DNA from: Synechocystis sp. PCC 6803 substr. PCC-P
GTDB taxonomy: Bacteria; Cyanobacteriota; Cyanobacteriia; Cyanobacteriales; Microcystaceae
Length of the DNA: 32,000 nucleotides
Reading direction: 5' to 3'
Assembly (NCBI RefSeq): GCF_000284455.1
Contig: NC_017039.1
Span: 2,490,001 to 2,522,000 of the forward strand
Below, piece by piece: positions 17,841 through 26,146 of this stretch; positions within the stretch are counted from its first letter, which is position 1, and each line of letters begins with the position of its first letter. A model generated the notes under the pieces. The model was given only the letters and a program-made list of their open reading frames with translations, did no database searches and was not told the origin of the DNA. The translations under genes were made by a program, and so were the position numbers.

Positions 17841-18098
17841 CCAGCAGCATTGAGCTTTGATAATTGGTTGTCAAATTAGTCTTTGATTCAAAAGTTTACC
17901 TAAGACAGTCCCTCTTTGAGCTAGCCCAGCAGTTTTAGGCACGAATCCTCTGAATTCACCCATTTATAAAGTCTCTAGGAAGGCAGGAATATTTTAGATT
18001 AAGCAGATATCTTCTATGGAAAGCACGGGGAAATATTGACTACTGGCCACTGTTTCAGACCTTGTTCACCAGCTCCACACACGCCCTATCCTGTCGGC

Positions 18099-19121
18099 CT
18101 AAAGAGCTACTAAAGGGCAAAAGCCATGCTTGACAGAAGCTTCACCAATCGCCTCCATTTTATTAACGGAAATTTGGTTGCGGCCCCAGGAAAAATTAGT
18201 GCGCCAGCCCTCAAACTCTAGCAAAATGGCCTCCGCAAAACAGGCGAACATTTGCCGGGAGGGAATATCCATCTCCACAATCTTCATAATTTCCCAGGTA
18301 ATATCAAGGGAATGTTCTACAATCCCCCCCTTGAGAATATGCACCCCATCCGCTTTCACCCTGGTGTCTAAATTCTTGGGATAGCCCCCATCCACAATCA
18401 AACAGGGCTTTTTCAGCATTTCCCCCGCAATTTCTACCCCCTTGGGCATACTAGCCACCCAAACAATAATATCTGCCTGGGGCAGGGCTGTTTCCAAATC
18501 CATAATTTTGCCCCGACCCAATTCCTCTTGGAGATTTTCCAATCTTTGGCGGTTACGGGCAATTAGCAATAATTCCTTAACTTGATGTTTGCTATCTAAC
18601 CAACGACATACGGCGCTACCAATATCTCCCGTGGCGCCACAAACCGCTACCGTTGCCTGACTTAGATCAATACCCAACTGTTTAGCTCCAGACTCGACCT
18701 GACGGCAGATCACATAAGCGGTGTGGGTATTACCAGTGGTGAACCGCTGAAAATCTAGTTCCACATTGCGGACTTGATTATTTTGCTTGAGGTTAAATTC
18801 TTCAAATACGATTGAAGAAAAGCCTCCCAGGGCCGTAATATCCAAGCCCACCTTTTGGGCCAGGGCCATAGCATTGAGGATTTTACGAATGGCCGCTTTG
18901 ATCCGCCGTTGGGTTAACATTTCCGGCAAAAAGCAAGACTCCACATATTTGCCTTCAATCACCTGCCCCGTCACACTTTTCACCTGAAAATTATCAACCA
19001 CTTGGGGAGGAGCCGAACACCAAAAATCCAGGCCTTGGTTGGCGTACTCAGGATAGCCTAAATCTTCAGCAACCGCTTGGGCGTGTTCTAAACTCGTGAG
19101 ATGACCAATAAGACCAAACAT
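18099..19121 (-). CDS. aar: Acyl-ACP reductase (fatty aldehyde-forming), alkane pathway step 1 (probably sll0209)
   Basis: 340 aa. The start [18 protein letters not shown]... is typical of AAR. The Rossmann motif is [10 protein letters not shown]. Cys294 sits in the context [16 protein letters not shown], matching the catalytic Cys294 position of the characterised S. elongatus enzyme. Confidence 0.95.
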
Positions 19122-19267
19122 TGATAATAGTCAGAATAAATAGGGGAAGGTATCGCTTTCCGCTCAGTTAACGACTCCGATCGCCATAAAGCTTTACACA
19201 GTATGGCACAATTTGACGAACTTCCCGTTGGCATGGGCCAGCTTCCTAAAAGCACTCCAGAATAGGG

Positions 19268-19305
19268 AAAAACCCACAGATCCTAAGAAGCTTGGGATTT
19301 GTGGG
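19268..19305 (-). terminator. Intrinsic terminator immediately downstream of ado, between ado and aar
   Basis: The minus strand reads CCCACAAATCCCAAG-CTT-CTTAGGATCTGTGGG-TTTTT. This is a 15-bp stem with 2 mismatches, a 3-nt loop and a U5 tail, beginning 35 nt after the ado stop codon. Confidence 0.65.
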
Positions 19306-19339
19306 CTCATGAAATAGTTGAAGATATTTCTAGCCGGGA

Positions 19340-20035
19340 CTAGACTCCGGCCAAACCGTAGGAAGACATACGCATAATTTCCCTGGTGCTGAAGCCGATG
19401 TTACTGAGGGCTTCGCCGTAGCTGATCATAAAATCTTCCACTAGGGCTTCTTTTTCCATGCCCAATACCTTGGCGTCCCCCTGCACTTGGTTGAGCATTT
19501 TCCACACTAAGGGTAGGTTTTCTTTGTTGGCCTGCTCCAGTTCTTCCTTAGCGGTGGCAAAGTTGGCCTTTAGCCATTCTTCCCCGTAGTTGAGGTGGGT
19601 GTATTCGTCCTTGACTACGCCCTCAGTGATTTTCCGAGCAAAGTCGTCCGCCACAGGGATATATATGTTATAGGCGGCGATCGCAAAAGCTTCGATAATC
19701 AAAGCCTGGATCAATAAACAGGTAACAACTTTCCCTTCGCTAAAAGCGTGCTGGAAATTGCCATGGAGACCGGCGAAAAATTCCTGGGCATAGGGCATAT
19801 CAGGGTTCACTTGGAGGTTGTTGCCACAGGCTTGGAAACCTTTTTTATGGCGGTTTTCCATTTTGGCCAAGCGGGTCAACTCTTCTTTGTCTTCCGGCAA
19901 GAGTTCCGCCATCTGGAGGTAGTTGCTGTAGGCTTCCTGTTCGCCTTCAATGACAATGGCGTTGATGCGGCTATAGGCGTCTTTGTAAATTTCGCTGGAA
20001 TAGTCAAATTCGGTGCGGACAGCAAGCTCGGGCAT
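19340..20035 (-). CDS. ado: Aldehyde-deformylating oxygenase (ferritin-like di-iron), alkane pathway step 2 (probably sll0208)
   Basis: 231 aa. The di-iron ligand pattern is intact: E33, E60-x-x-H63 (MENRH), E115 ([10 protein letters not shown]), E144-x-x-H147 (DEYTHL). The overall sequence is typical of cyanobacterial ADO. Confidence 0.96.
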
Positions 20036-20130
20036 AGGGGCGTTGGACTCCTGTGGATGGACGGTTAAAAGGTCGATGAAGACCAGAGAATCAAAGTAAA
20101 GAAAGGTTAAGAAATTAACCCCCGGTTGTC

Positions 20131-20159
20131 TTTATAATACAGACTCTAAATTAATGCAA
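20131..20159 (-). promoter_or_regulatory. Candidate ado promoter (TTGCAT-17 nt-TATAAA on the minus strand)
   Basis: On the minus strand the -35 TTGCAT is at 20154-20159 and the -10 TATAAA is at 20131-20136, with a 17-nt spacer. This implies a leader of about 90 nt containing AGGAG 14 nt before the ATG. A second -10-like TAGAAT lies further upstream at about 20250. Confidence 0.35.
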
Positions 20160-20292
20160 ATCCCGGAGGATCATAGCGGTCTAACCATAGGGAACACCTA
20201 TCCAGTTGATTTAGTAATCTACATGGCCAGATCTGCTGCGATTTGAGTTGGCACCATTCTAGCAAAACTAGTCTAAGTTGCTGGGGGGGAGG

Positions 20293-21390
20293 TTAGTCCT
20301 GGGGATAGGAAGAGGGTCCAATTAGTTCCACTTGGGAATCATTACCAATCAGGAAGCGCAAAGCCTGGGGACGGCGGGGAGCGGGAAAAATTTTGGCGTT
20401 TTTGCCGATGACACTATCGACAATTCTTTGTTGGATGGCCACAATGCTAGCTCCTTGGAGCACGACACTATGTTCAAGATCTGCATCCCTGATTTTAACT
20501 CCCTCGGCAATACTGCTATAGGGACCGATGAAGCAGTTTTCCAGATGACAGTTGGGGCCGATCGCCACGGGGCCACGGATGACGCTGTTGATAATTTGAC
20601 TGTGGGGGCCAATGGTTACCCGACCGGAGATTTTGCTTTGATCGTCTACGGTGCCTTGGATGTTTTTTTCCACTAGGGTATCGAGGATAATCTGATTGGC
20701 GGCCAGCAGGTCGTCTTTCTTACCGGTGTCGAGCCACCATCCTTTTAGTTGTAGGGATTCCACCCGATAATCATGGCTGATCAGATATTGAATTGCATCG
20801 GTGATTTCTAGTTCTCCCCGGGCAGAGGGCTCAATGTTGGCGATCGCCTGGTGAATGGTCGGGGCAAAAAAGTAAAGTCCCACTAGGGCCAAGTTGGAAG
20901 GGGGATGCTCTGGTTTTTCCACTAGGGCTAAAACTTTGCCTTGGTCATTAACGGTGGCCACCCCAAAGGCGCTGGGATTGGACACTCGCCGCAGTAGAAT
21001 CAAGGAATCGAGGGATTTAGCCTGAAAATGGGCGAGGAATTGCTCTAGGTGGTCTTGAATTAGGTTATCGCCTAAATACATCACAAAAGGGGAATCTTGG
21101 AGAAAGTCTGCCGCCGTTTTCACTGCATGGGCCAACCCCAATGGTTCGGATTGCAAAATATAGGTAATCTGGATACCGAACTTTTCTCCGTTGCCGGTGA
21201 TAGTTTTAATTTCCTCTCCCGTTTCTGGGCTAATAATAATGCCAATGTCGGTAATGCCAGCTTTGGCGATCGCCTCAATGCCATACCAGAGGATTGGTTT
21301 GTTAGCCACAGGCACCAACTGCTTAGCCCCGGTGTAGGTGAGGGGACGCAAGCGAGTTCCTTTGCCACCGGAGAGAATGAGAGCCTTCAT
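20293..21390 (-). CDS. Sugar-1-phosphate nucleotidyltransferase, long form (glucose-1-phosphate thymidylyltransferase-like, with a C-terminal left-handed beta-helix)
   Basis: From the ATG at 21390 it reads MKALILSGGKGTRLRPLTYTGAKQL (the GGxGTRLxPLT signature). The C-terminal third is made of hexapeptide-repeat-like I/V-G-x segments. The 28-aa upstream extension in the ORF track lacks homology features. Confidence 0.85.
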   Translation of the reverse strand: MKALILSGGKGTRLRPLTYTGAKQLVPVANKPILWYGIEAIAKAGITDIGIIISPETGEEIKTITGNGEKFGIQITYILQSEPLGLAHAVKTAADFLQDSPFVMYLGDNLIQDHLEQFLAHFQAKSLDSLILLRRVSNPSAFGVATVNDQGKVLALVEKPEHPPSNLALVGLYFFAPTIHQAIANIEPSARGELEITDAIQYLISHDYRVESLQLKGWWLDTGKKDDLLAANQIILDTLVEKNIQGTVDDQSKISGRVTIGPHSQIINSVIRGPVAIGPNCHLENCFIGPYSSIAEGVKIRDADLEHSVVLQGASIVAIQQRIVDSVIGKNAKIFPAPRRPQALRFLIGNDSQVELIGPSSYPQD

Positions 21391-21631
21391 AAAAATCTTG
21401 ATAGCGGTTATGTTGTTGGGTCTAGGGTTCAGTGAACAGTTATCAGTAAGCAGGAATCGGTCAACACTGACCATTAAAACCTAATCGAGAAATGATGGCG
21501 TAAGCATCTGCCCGTAAATTGACTGATTTCGTGTCATCATCAAAAATCTCTATGCCCCATCTCAACTTGCCTGATATGTTTATTGGTGGTGGCTTTTGCC
21601 TTCCCTAACCGACCCATTGCTCCCTTGCCCT

Positions 21632-23800
21632 ATGCCCCTGCAAACCTTTCTATTTGAAATTGGAACTGAAGAATTACCCGCCGATTTTGTTCGCAGTGCG
21701 ATCACCCAGTGGCAAGGGTTAATTCCCCCAGGTTTGGCGGCGGAGTTTTTACAACCGGAGTCGGTGGAAATTTACGGCACGCCCCGGCGCTTGGCGGTGT
21801 TGATCAAAGGCTTACCAGAATGCCAGCCCGATCGCCTGGAGGAAATTAAGGGTCCTCCGGCCAGTGCCGCTTTCAAAGACGGGCAACCCACCCCGGCCGC
21901 CTTGGGCTTTGCCAAAAAACAGGGGGTCAACCCGGAGGATTTTGAGATCCGCTCCACCCCCAAAGGGGACTTTATTTTTGTCAATAAGCAATTACAGGGC
22001 CAAGCTAGCCGGGATTTGTTGCCCAAGCTGGCCCTAAGCTGGCTCAAGGCTTTGGACGGTCGAAGGTTTATGCGTTGGGGAGATGGGGATTGGCGTTTTC
22101 CCCGCCCCATTCGTTGGTTAGTTTGTCTGTTGGATGACCAAGTTTTACCCCTACAAATTGACAATGGCTCCACTACCCTAGTAGGCGATCGCCTTTCCCG
22201 GGGGCACCGCATTTTGCACCCAGCAGACGTCAGCTTAGAGCATGGTCAGAATTATTTGGCCCAGTTAAAAACGGCCGGGGTTGTAGTAGATCCCCAAGAA
22301 CGGCGGGCCATGATTGAACAACAAATCACCACCCAAGCGGCCACCCTAGAAGGCGAAGCAATTATCTATGAGGATTTGCTTGATGAGGTGGAACAGTTGG
22401 TGGAATATCCCACAGCGGTATTGGGCAAGTTTGATCAGGAATTCCTCAGCTTACCCAGGGAAGTGACTACCACGGTTATGGTTACCCATCAACGCTATTT
22501 TCCCGTGGTGGACAAAGATGGAAGGCTATTGCCCCATTTCATCACCATTGCCAACGGTGATCCCAGCAAAGGAGACATTATTGCCGCCGGAAATGGCCGG
22601 GTCATTCGGGCCCGCTTAGCCGATGCCAAATTTTTCTATCAAGCCGACTGTGACGATAGCCTCGATAGTTACCTGCCCCAACTAGAAACGGTTACCTTCC
22701 AAGAAGAGTTGGGCACCATGCGAGACAAGGTGGACCGCATTATGGAAATGGCCGCGGCGATCGCCGACCAGTTGGGAGTAACAGAGCAACAACGGGGAGA
22801 AATCGATAGTACCGCCATGCTGTGTAAAGCGGATTTGGTCACCCAAATGGTGTATGAATTTCCCGAACTACAGGGCATTATGGGGGAAAAATATGCCCTC
22901 GTTAGTGGTGAATCGGCAGCGGTGGCCCAGGGCATTGTGGAGCATTACCTCCCCCGGCACCAGGATGATGATTTACCCCAAGGCTTACCGGGTCAAGTGG
23001 TGGGCATGGCCGATCGCCTGGATACTCTGGTGAGTATTTTTGGGTTGGGTTTATTACCTACCGGATCTTCCGATCCCTTTGCCCTGCGGCGGGCCGCCAA
23101 TGCGGTGATTAATGTAGCCTGGGCAGCGAGTTTAGAAATTAATTTGCTGGAATTGTTGACCCAGGGCTGCCGGGATTTTGTTACTTCCCACCCCGATAAA
23201 ACCTCTCCCCTGCAAGCGTTAAAGACGTTTTTTCTGCAAAGATTACAAACCCTACTTCAGGACGAACAGGGCATTGATTATGATCTAGTCAACGCCGTAT
23301 TGGGCAATGGGGAGACAAACTGCGACGAGGCTCAAAGTAGATTACATGATCGCCTGTTAGCAGATTTACAGGATGTCAAAGAAAGGGCTCAATATCTGCA
23401 AGAATTGCGAGATAACGGTCATTTAGACGCAATTTATCCCACTGTGAACCGTTCTGCCAAGCTAGCTAGTAAAGGCACTTTGCCAACGGACCAATTAGAC
23501 CCCCGTCCAGTGATTCAAGCGCCCCAACTAGTCCAGGATTCAGAAAAAGCAGTTTACCAAGCATTGCTGGCCATTTATCCCAAAGCGGTAGAAGTACAAG
23601 AAAGCCGTGACTATGAAACCTTGGTAAATGCACTACACGAGCTTGCCCCCACCGTGGCGGAATTTTTCGACGGGCCGGATAGCGTATTGGTGATGGCAGA
23701 AAACGATGAATTACGGCAAAATCGCCTTAATTTACTCGGTTTAATCCGCAACTATGCTCTGATCCTCGGAGACTTCGGGGCAATTGTTAAAGGCATTTAA
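21632..23800 (+). CDS. glyS: Glycine--tRNA ligase beta subunit
   Basis: From the ATG at 21632 it reads [19 protein letters not shown], the canonical GlyS N-terminus. It also has ...YGTPRRLAV... and ...DPFALRRAA.... The alpha subunit gene (glyQ) is not in the window. Confidence 0.93.
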   Translation: MPLQTFLFEIGTEELPADFVRSAITQWQGLIPPGLAAEFLQPESVEIYGTPRRLAVLIKGLPECQPDRLEEIKGPPASAAFKDGQPTPAALGFAKKQGVNPEDFEIRSTPKGDFIFVNKQLQGQASRDLLPKLALSWLKALDGRRFMRWGDGDWRFPRPIRWLVCLLDDQVLPLQIDNGSTTLVGDRLSRGHRILHPADVSLEHGQNYLAQLKTAGVVVDPQERRAMIEQQITTQAATLEGEAIIYEDLLDEVEQLVEYPTAVLGKFDQEFLSLPREVTTTVMVTHQRYFPVVDKDGRLLPHFITIANGDPSKGDIIAAGNGRVIRARLADAKFFYQADCDDSLDSYLPQLETVTFQEELGTMRDKVDRIMEMAAAIADQLGVTEQQRGEIDSTAMLCKADLVTQMVYEFPELQGIMGEKYALVSGESAAVAQGIVEHYLPRHQDDDLPQGLPGQVVGMADRLDTLVSIFGLGLLPTGSSDPFALRRAANAVINVAWAASLEINLLELLTQGCRDFVTSHPDKTSPLQALKTFFLQRLQTLLQDEQGIDYDLVNAVLGNGETNCDEAQSRLHDRLLADLQDVKERAQYLQELRDNGHLDAIYPTVNRSAKLASKGTLPTDQLDPRPVIQAPQLVQDSEKAVYQALLAIYPKAVEVQESRDYETLVNALHELAPTVAEFFDGPDSVLVMAENDELRQNRLNLLGLIRNYALILGDFGAIVKGI

Positions 23801-23975
23801 GAGCCTGTTTTAAATGTCCTCCTGGCCTCCAATTTGGGGGGAAACTGAGTGAAAGTCCCCCAGTATTGCCGGAGCTTTAGTGAAGAGATTTAGGGGGCTG
23901 AACAAAACTGCTAAACACGTTCTAAGCAATAAGGTTCAAGGAATGAAAATGACTCATACAAACAGGTTATTGTTC

Positions 23976-24353
23976 TCATTCCCAGATTAAATTAACGTTG
24001 TATTTTTTGAAATTTTCGTCTTTGCTAATGACGGAAAAATTATGTTGCTGAGCCTGGGCAATAATCATACGGTCAAAAGGATCTCGATGATGCAAGGGCA
24101 AATTGCGACAAGCTTCCAAATGTTGCCATGTGATGTTCAAAACCGAAATATTGAGATCAGCAAGTAAATTCTCTAGATCAGTAAAAGCGTAATTAAGCCT
24201 TAGTTTGTTGATGTTGAGTTTAATGGCAATCTCCCAGAGAGATACAATGCTGACATAAACTTTTGGCTTGGCTTCAATCAAACTCTTGAGATGTGATGGT
24301 AGTTTTATATCATTATCTAAAAACCACAAAAGCGTGTGGGTGTCCAGTAGCAT
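23976..24353 (-). CDS. vapC: PIN-domain ribonuclease toxin VapC
   Basis: 125 aa. It starts MLLDTHTLLWF (first acidic residue D4), then SIVSLWEIAIK, DPFDRMIIAQA and VISKDENF, which is the typical four-acidic-residue PIN pattern. Its ATG directly abuts the stop of the upstream small ORF. Confidence 0.85.
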   Translation of the reverse strand: MLLDTHTLLWFLDNDIKLPSHLKSLIEAKPKVYVSIVSLWEIAIKLNINKLRLNYAFTDLENLLADLNISVLNITWQHLEACRNLPLHHRDPFDRMIIAQAQQHNFSVISKDENFKKYNVNLIWE

Positions 24354-24575
24354 TTACATATACTCCTGCATTTCTTCCAAAGGAGCATCAAAGTCATCTG
24401 CCATCCAAATTTTCCCCTTTAGAACACCTGCTTGACGATATTTTTTTTGTCCATCATTGGTTACTGGACTGACTGGTGGTTGCTTAGTCAGCAGAAATTC
24501 GACAAAGTGTTCTACTTCAATTTTCATGGCATCGGGGAGAGCATTGATCTTTTCTAGTAGGGCGGTGTCTGTCAT
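24354..24575 (-). CDS. Type II antitoxin (DUF2281-like) partner of VapC
   Basis: 73 aa. The N-terminal INALPDAMKIEVEHFVEFLL and the C-terminal DDFDAPLEEMQEYM are typical of DUF2281 antitoxins paired with PIN toxins. An AAGGAG Shine-Dalgarno sequence lies 7 nt upstream of the ATG. Confidence 0.75.
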   Translation of the reverse strand: MTDTALLEKINALPDAMKIEVEHFVEFLLTKQPPVSPVTNDGQKKYRQAGVLKGKIWMADDFDAPLEEMQEYM

Positions 24576-24606
24576 GGGATTGCTCCTTAATTTTGACTTT
24601 GTATCG

Positions 24607-24636
24607 ATTCTAAGCTGACTTTTTTGGTAGTTGCCA
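24607..24636 (-). promoter_or_regulatory. Candidate vapBC promoter in the 64-bp gap after trmFO
   Basis: On the minus strand there is a -10 TAGAAT (24607-24612) and a weak -35 TGGCAA (24631-24636) with an 18-nt spacer. The -10 element ends 31 nt upstream of the antitoxin ATG. Confidence 0.3.
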
Positions 24637-24639
24637 TCC

Positions 24640-26010
24640 CTAAACTCGACAGGTTGCTAGACTTTTGATGCTAGTTTGCCAGGTTGTTAAATCAGCCAAA
24701 GCTCGATCCCGATATTGACCGTAACGTTCTTGCTTATTACGAATCCGCTGGGGCAATTCCGGTAAAATTCCAAAATTGGGCGGCATGGGCTGGAAATGTT
24801 TGGGGGAAGCGGAACTGATGAAGTTAAATAAAGCTCCCATCATGGTGGTGGCCGGCAATGTGAGCAAAGGTAAACCCAACGCCAACCGGGCCGCATTGGT
24901 GCCCGCTAACCATCCCCCGGCTGTGGCAGCGGCATAACCCTCCGTTCCCACTAACTGCCCCGCCGCAAATAAAGTCTGGCGATCGCCGAAATGGAGACTA
25001 GCGGTCAGAAGTTGGGGGGAATTAATAAAAGTATTGCGGTGCATTACCCCCATGCGAACAAACTCAGCGTTTTCCAAACCGGGAATCAAGCGGAAAACCC
25101 GTCCCTGTTCTCCCCAGCGTAAATTGGTCTGAAAACCCACCATATTCCACAATTGTCCTGCCTTATCTTCCTGGCGCAATTGCACCACTGCATAGGGCTT
25201 TTTCTCCTTGTTAGCAGGATCTCGAAAATCCCCCAAACGGGCATCAAATAGACCAACGGGCTTTAGGGGGCCGTAACGCATGGTGTCTTCCCCCCGCTGG
25301 GCCAACTCTTCTATGGGTAAACATCCCTCAAAAAACTTAGCTGTTTCTCGGTCAAAGTCCTTCAGGGGAGCTTGTTCGGCCTCACACAATGCCTGCCAAA
25401 AATTGAAATATTGCTCTCGGTTAAAGGGGCAGTTGAGATAGGCCGCCTCCCCTTTGTCATAACGGGAAGCAAAAAAAGCTACTTCTTTATTGATGGAATC
25501 CCCCACCACAATGGGACTGGCCGCATCGAAAAAGCTTAGGTATTCCATGCCGGTGAATTGTTGCAAATCCTCCGTTAGCGCTGGGCTAGTGAGGGGTCCC
25601 GTAGTCAGCACCGTAATACCTTCCCTGGGAATTTCCGTTACTTCCCCCCGCCGTAATTCCACCAGGGGATGGCTGGCCACTTGCTCTGTCAAAGACCGGC
25701 TAAAAATTCCCCGGTCCACCGCCAAAGCACCCCCAGCTGGCACTGCATGGCGATCCGCTGTGGTAATAATGAGAGAACTCAACTGCCGTAATTCTGTTTG
25801 CAAAAGTCCCGCTGCCCGATCGCCAGCTTTGGCCCCAAAGGAATTGCTACAGACCAACTCCGCCAAATCCTCACTGTGGTGGGCTGGACTCAGACGTTCG
25901 GGGCGCATTTCCGTCAAAATAACTGGAACTCCTGCTTGGGCAATTTGCCAGGCGGCCTCCGTACCCGCTAAGCCTCCACCGATAACATGGATGGGCGTTA
26001 AAGTGGTCAT
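24640..26010 (-). CDS. trmFO: Methylenetetrahydrofolate--tRNA-(uracil54-C5)-methyltransferase TrmFO (Gid)
   Basis: 456 aa. The N-terminal FAD-binding motif is [16 protein letters not shown]. The length and the GQL.GTEGY..A.A.G motif near residue 350 are typical of TrmFO. Confidence 0.93.
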   Translation of the reverse strand: MTTLTPIHVIGGGLAGTEAAWQIAQAGVPVILTEMRPERLSPAHHSEDLAELVCSNSFGAKAGDRAAGLLQTELRQLSSLIITTADRHAVPAGGALAVDRGIFSRSLTEQVASHPLVELRRGEVTEIPREGITVLTTGPLTSPALTEDLQQFTGMEYLSFFDAASPIVVGDSINKEVAFFASRYDKGEAAYLNCPFNREQYFNFWQALCEAEQAPLKDFDRETAKFFEGCLPIEELAQRGEDTMRYGPLKPVGLFDARLGDFRDPANKEKKPYAVVQLRQEDKAGQLWNMVGFQTNLRWGEQGRVFRLIPGLENAEFVRMGVMHRNTFINSPQLLTASLHFGDRQTLFAAGQLVGTEGYAAATAGGWLAGTNAARLALGLPLLTLPATTMMGALFNFISSASPKHFQPMPPNFGILPELPQRIRNKQERYGQYRDRALADLTTWQTSIKSLATCRV

Positions 26011-26146
26011 AGGGAACTTTGAAAATTCAAAAATAGTTAGAGACTAACATTTTAAAGCAGGGGACAGTCTACCGCCCAAGGAGAAGGCCCCATCTCCTGA
26101 AGAATGGAATTTTCCTTGTCTTGATCAATGTTTGACCTTGGAACCC

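Noticed and set aside
21391-21474. N-terminal extensions in the ORF track: nucleotidyltransferase (21391-21474), glyS (21596-21631), sppA (8115-8147), kinase (26132-26146), secreted protein (1369-1419).
   Set aside because: In each case a downstream ATG begins exactly at the conserved family N-terminus (MKALILSGG..., [16 protein letters not shown]..., and so on). The extensions start at non-ATG codons.
23825-23870. Hairpin TGGGGG-16 nt-CCCCCA after glyS as a terminator.
   Set aside because: The stem is short, the loop is large and no T-tract follows on either strand. I cannot support a terminator call.
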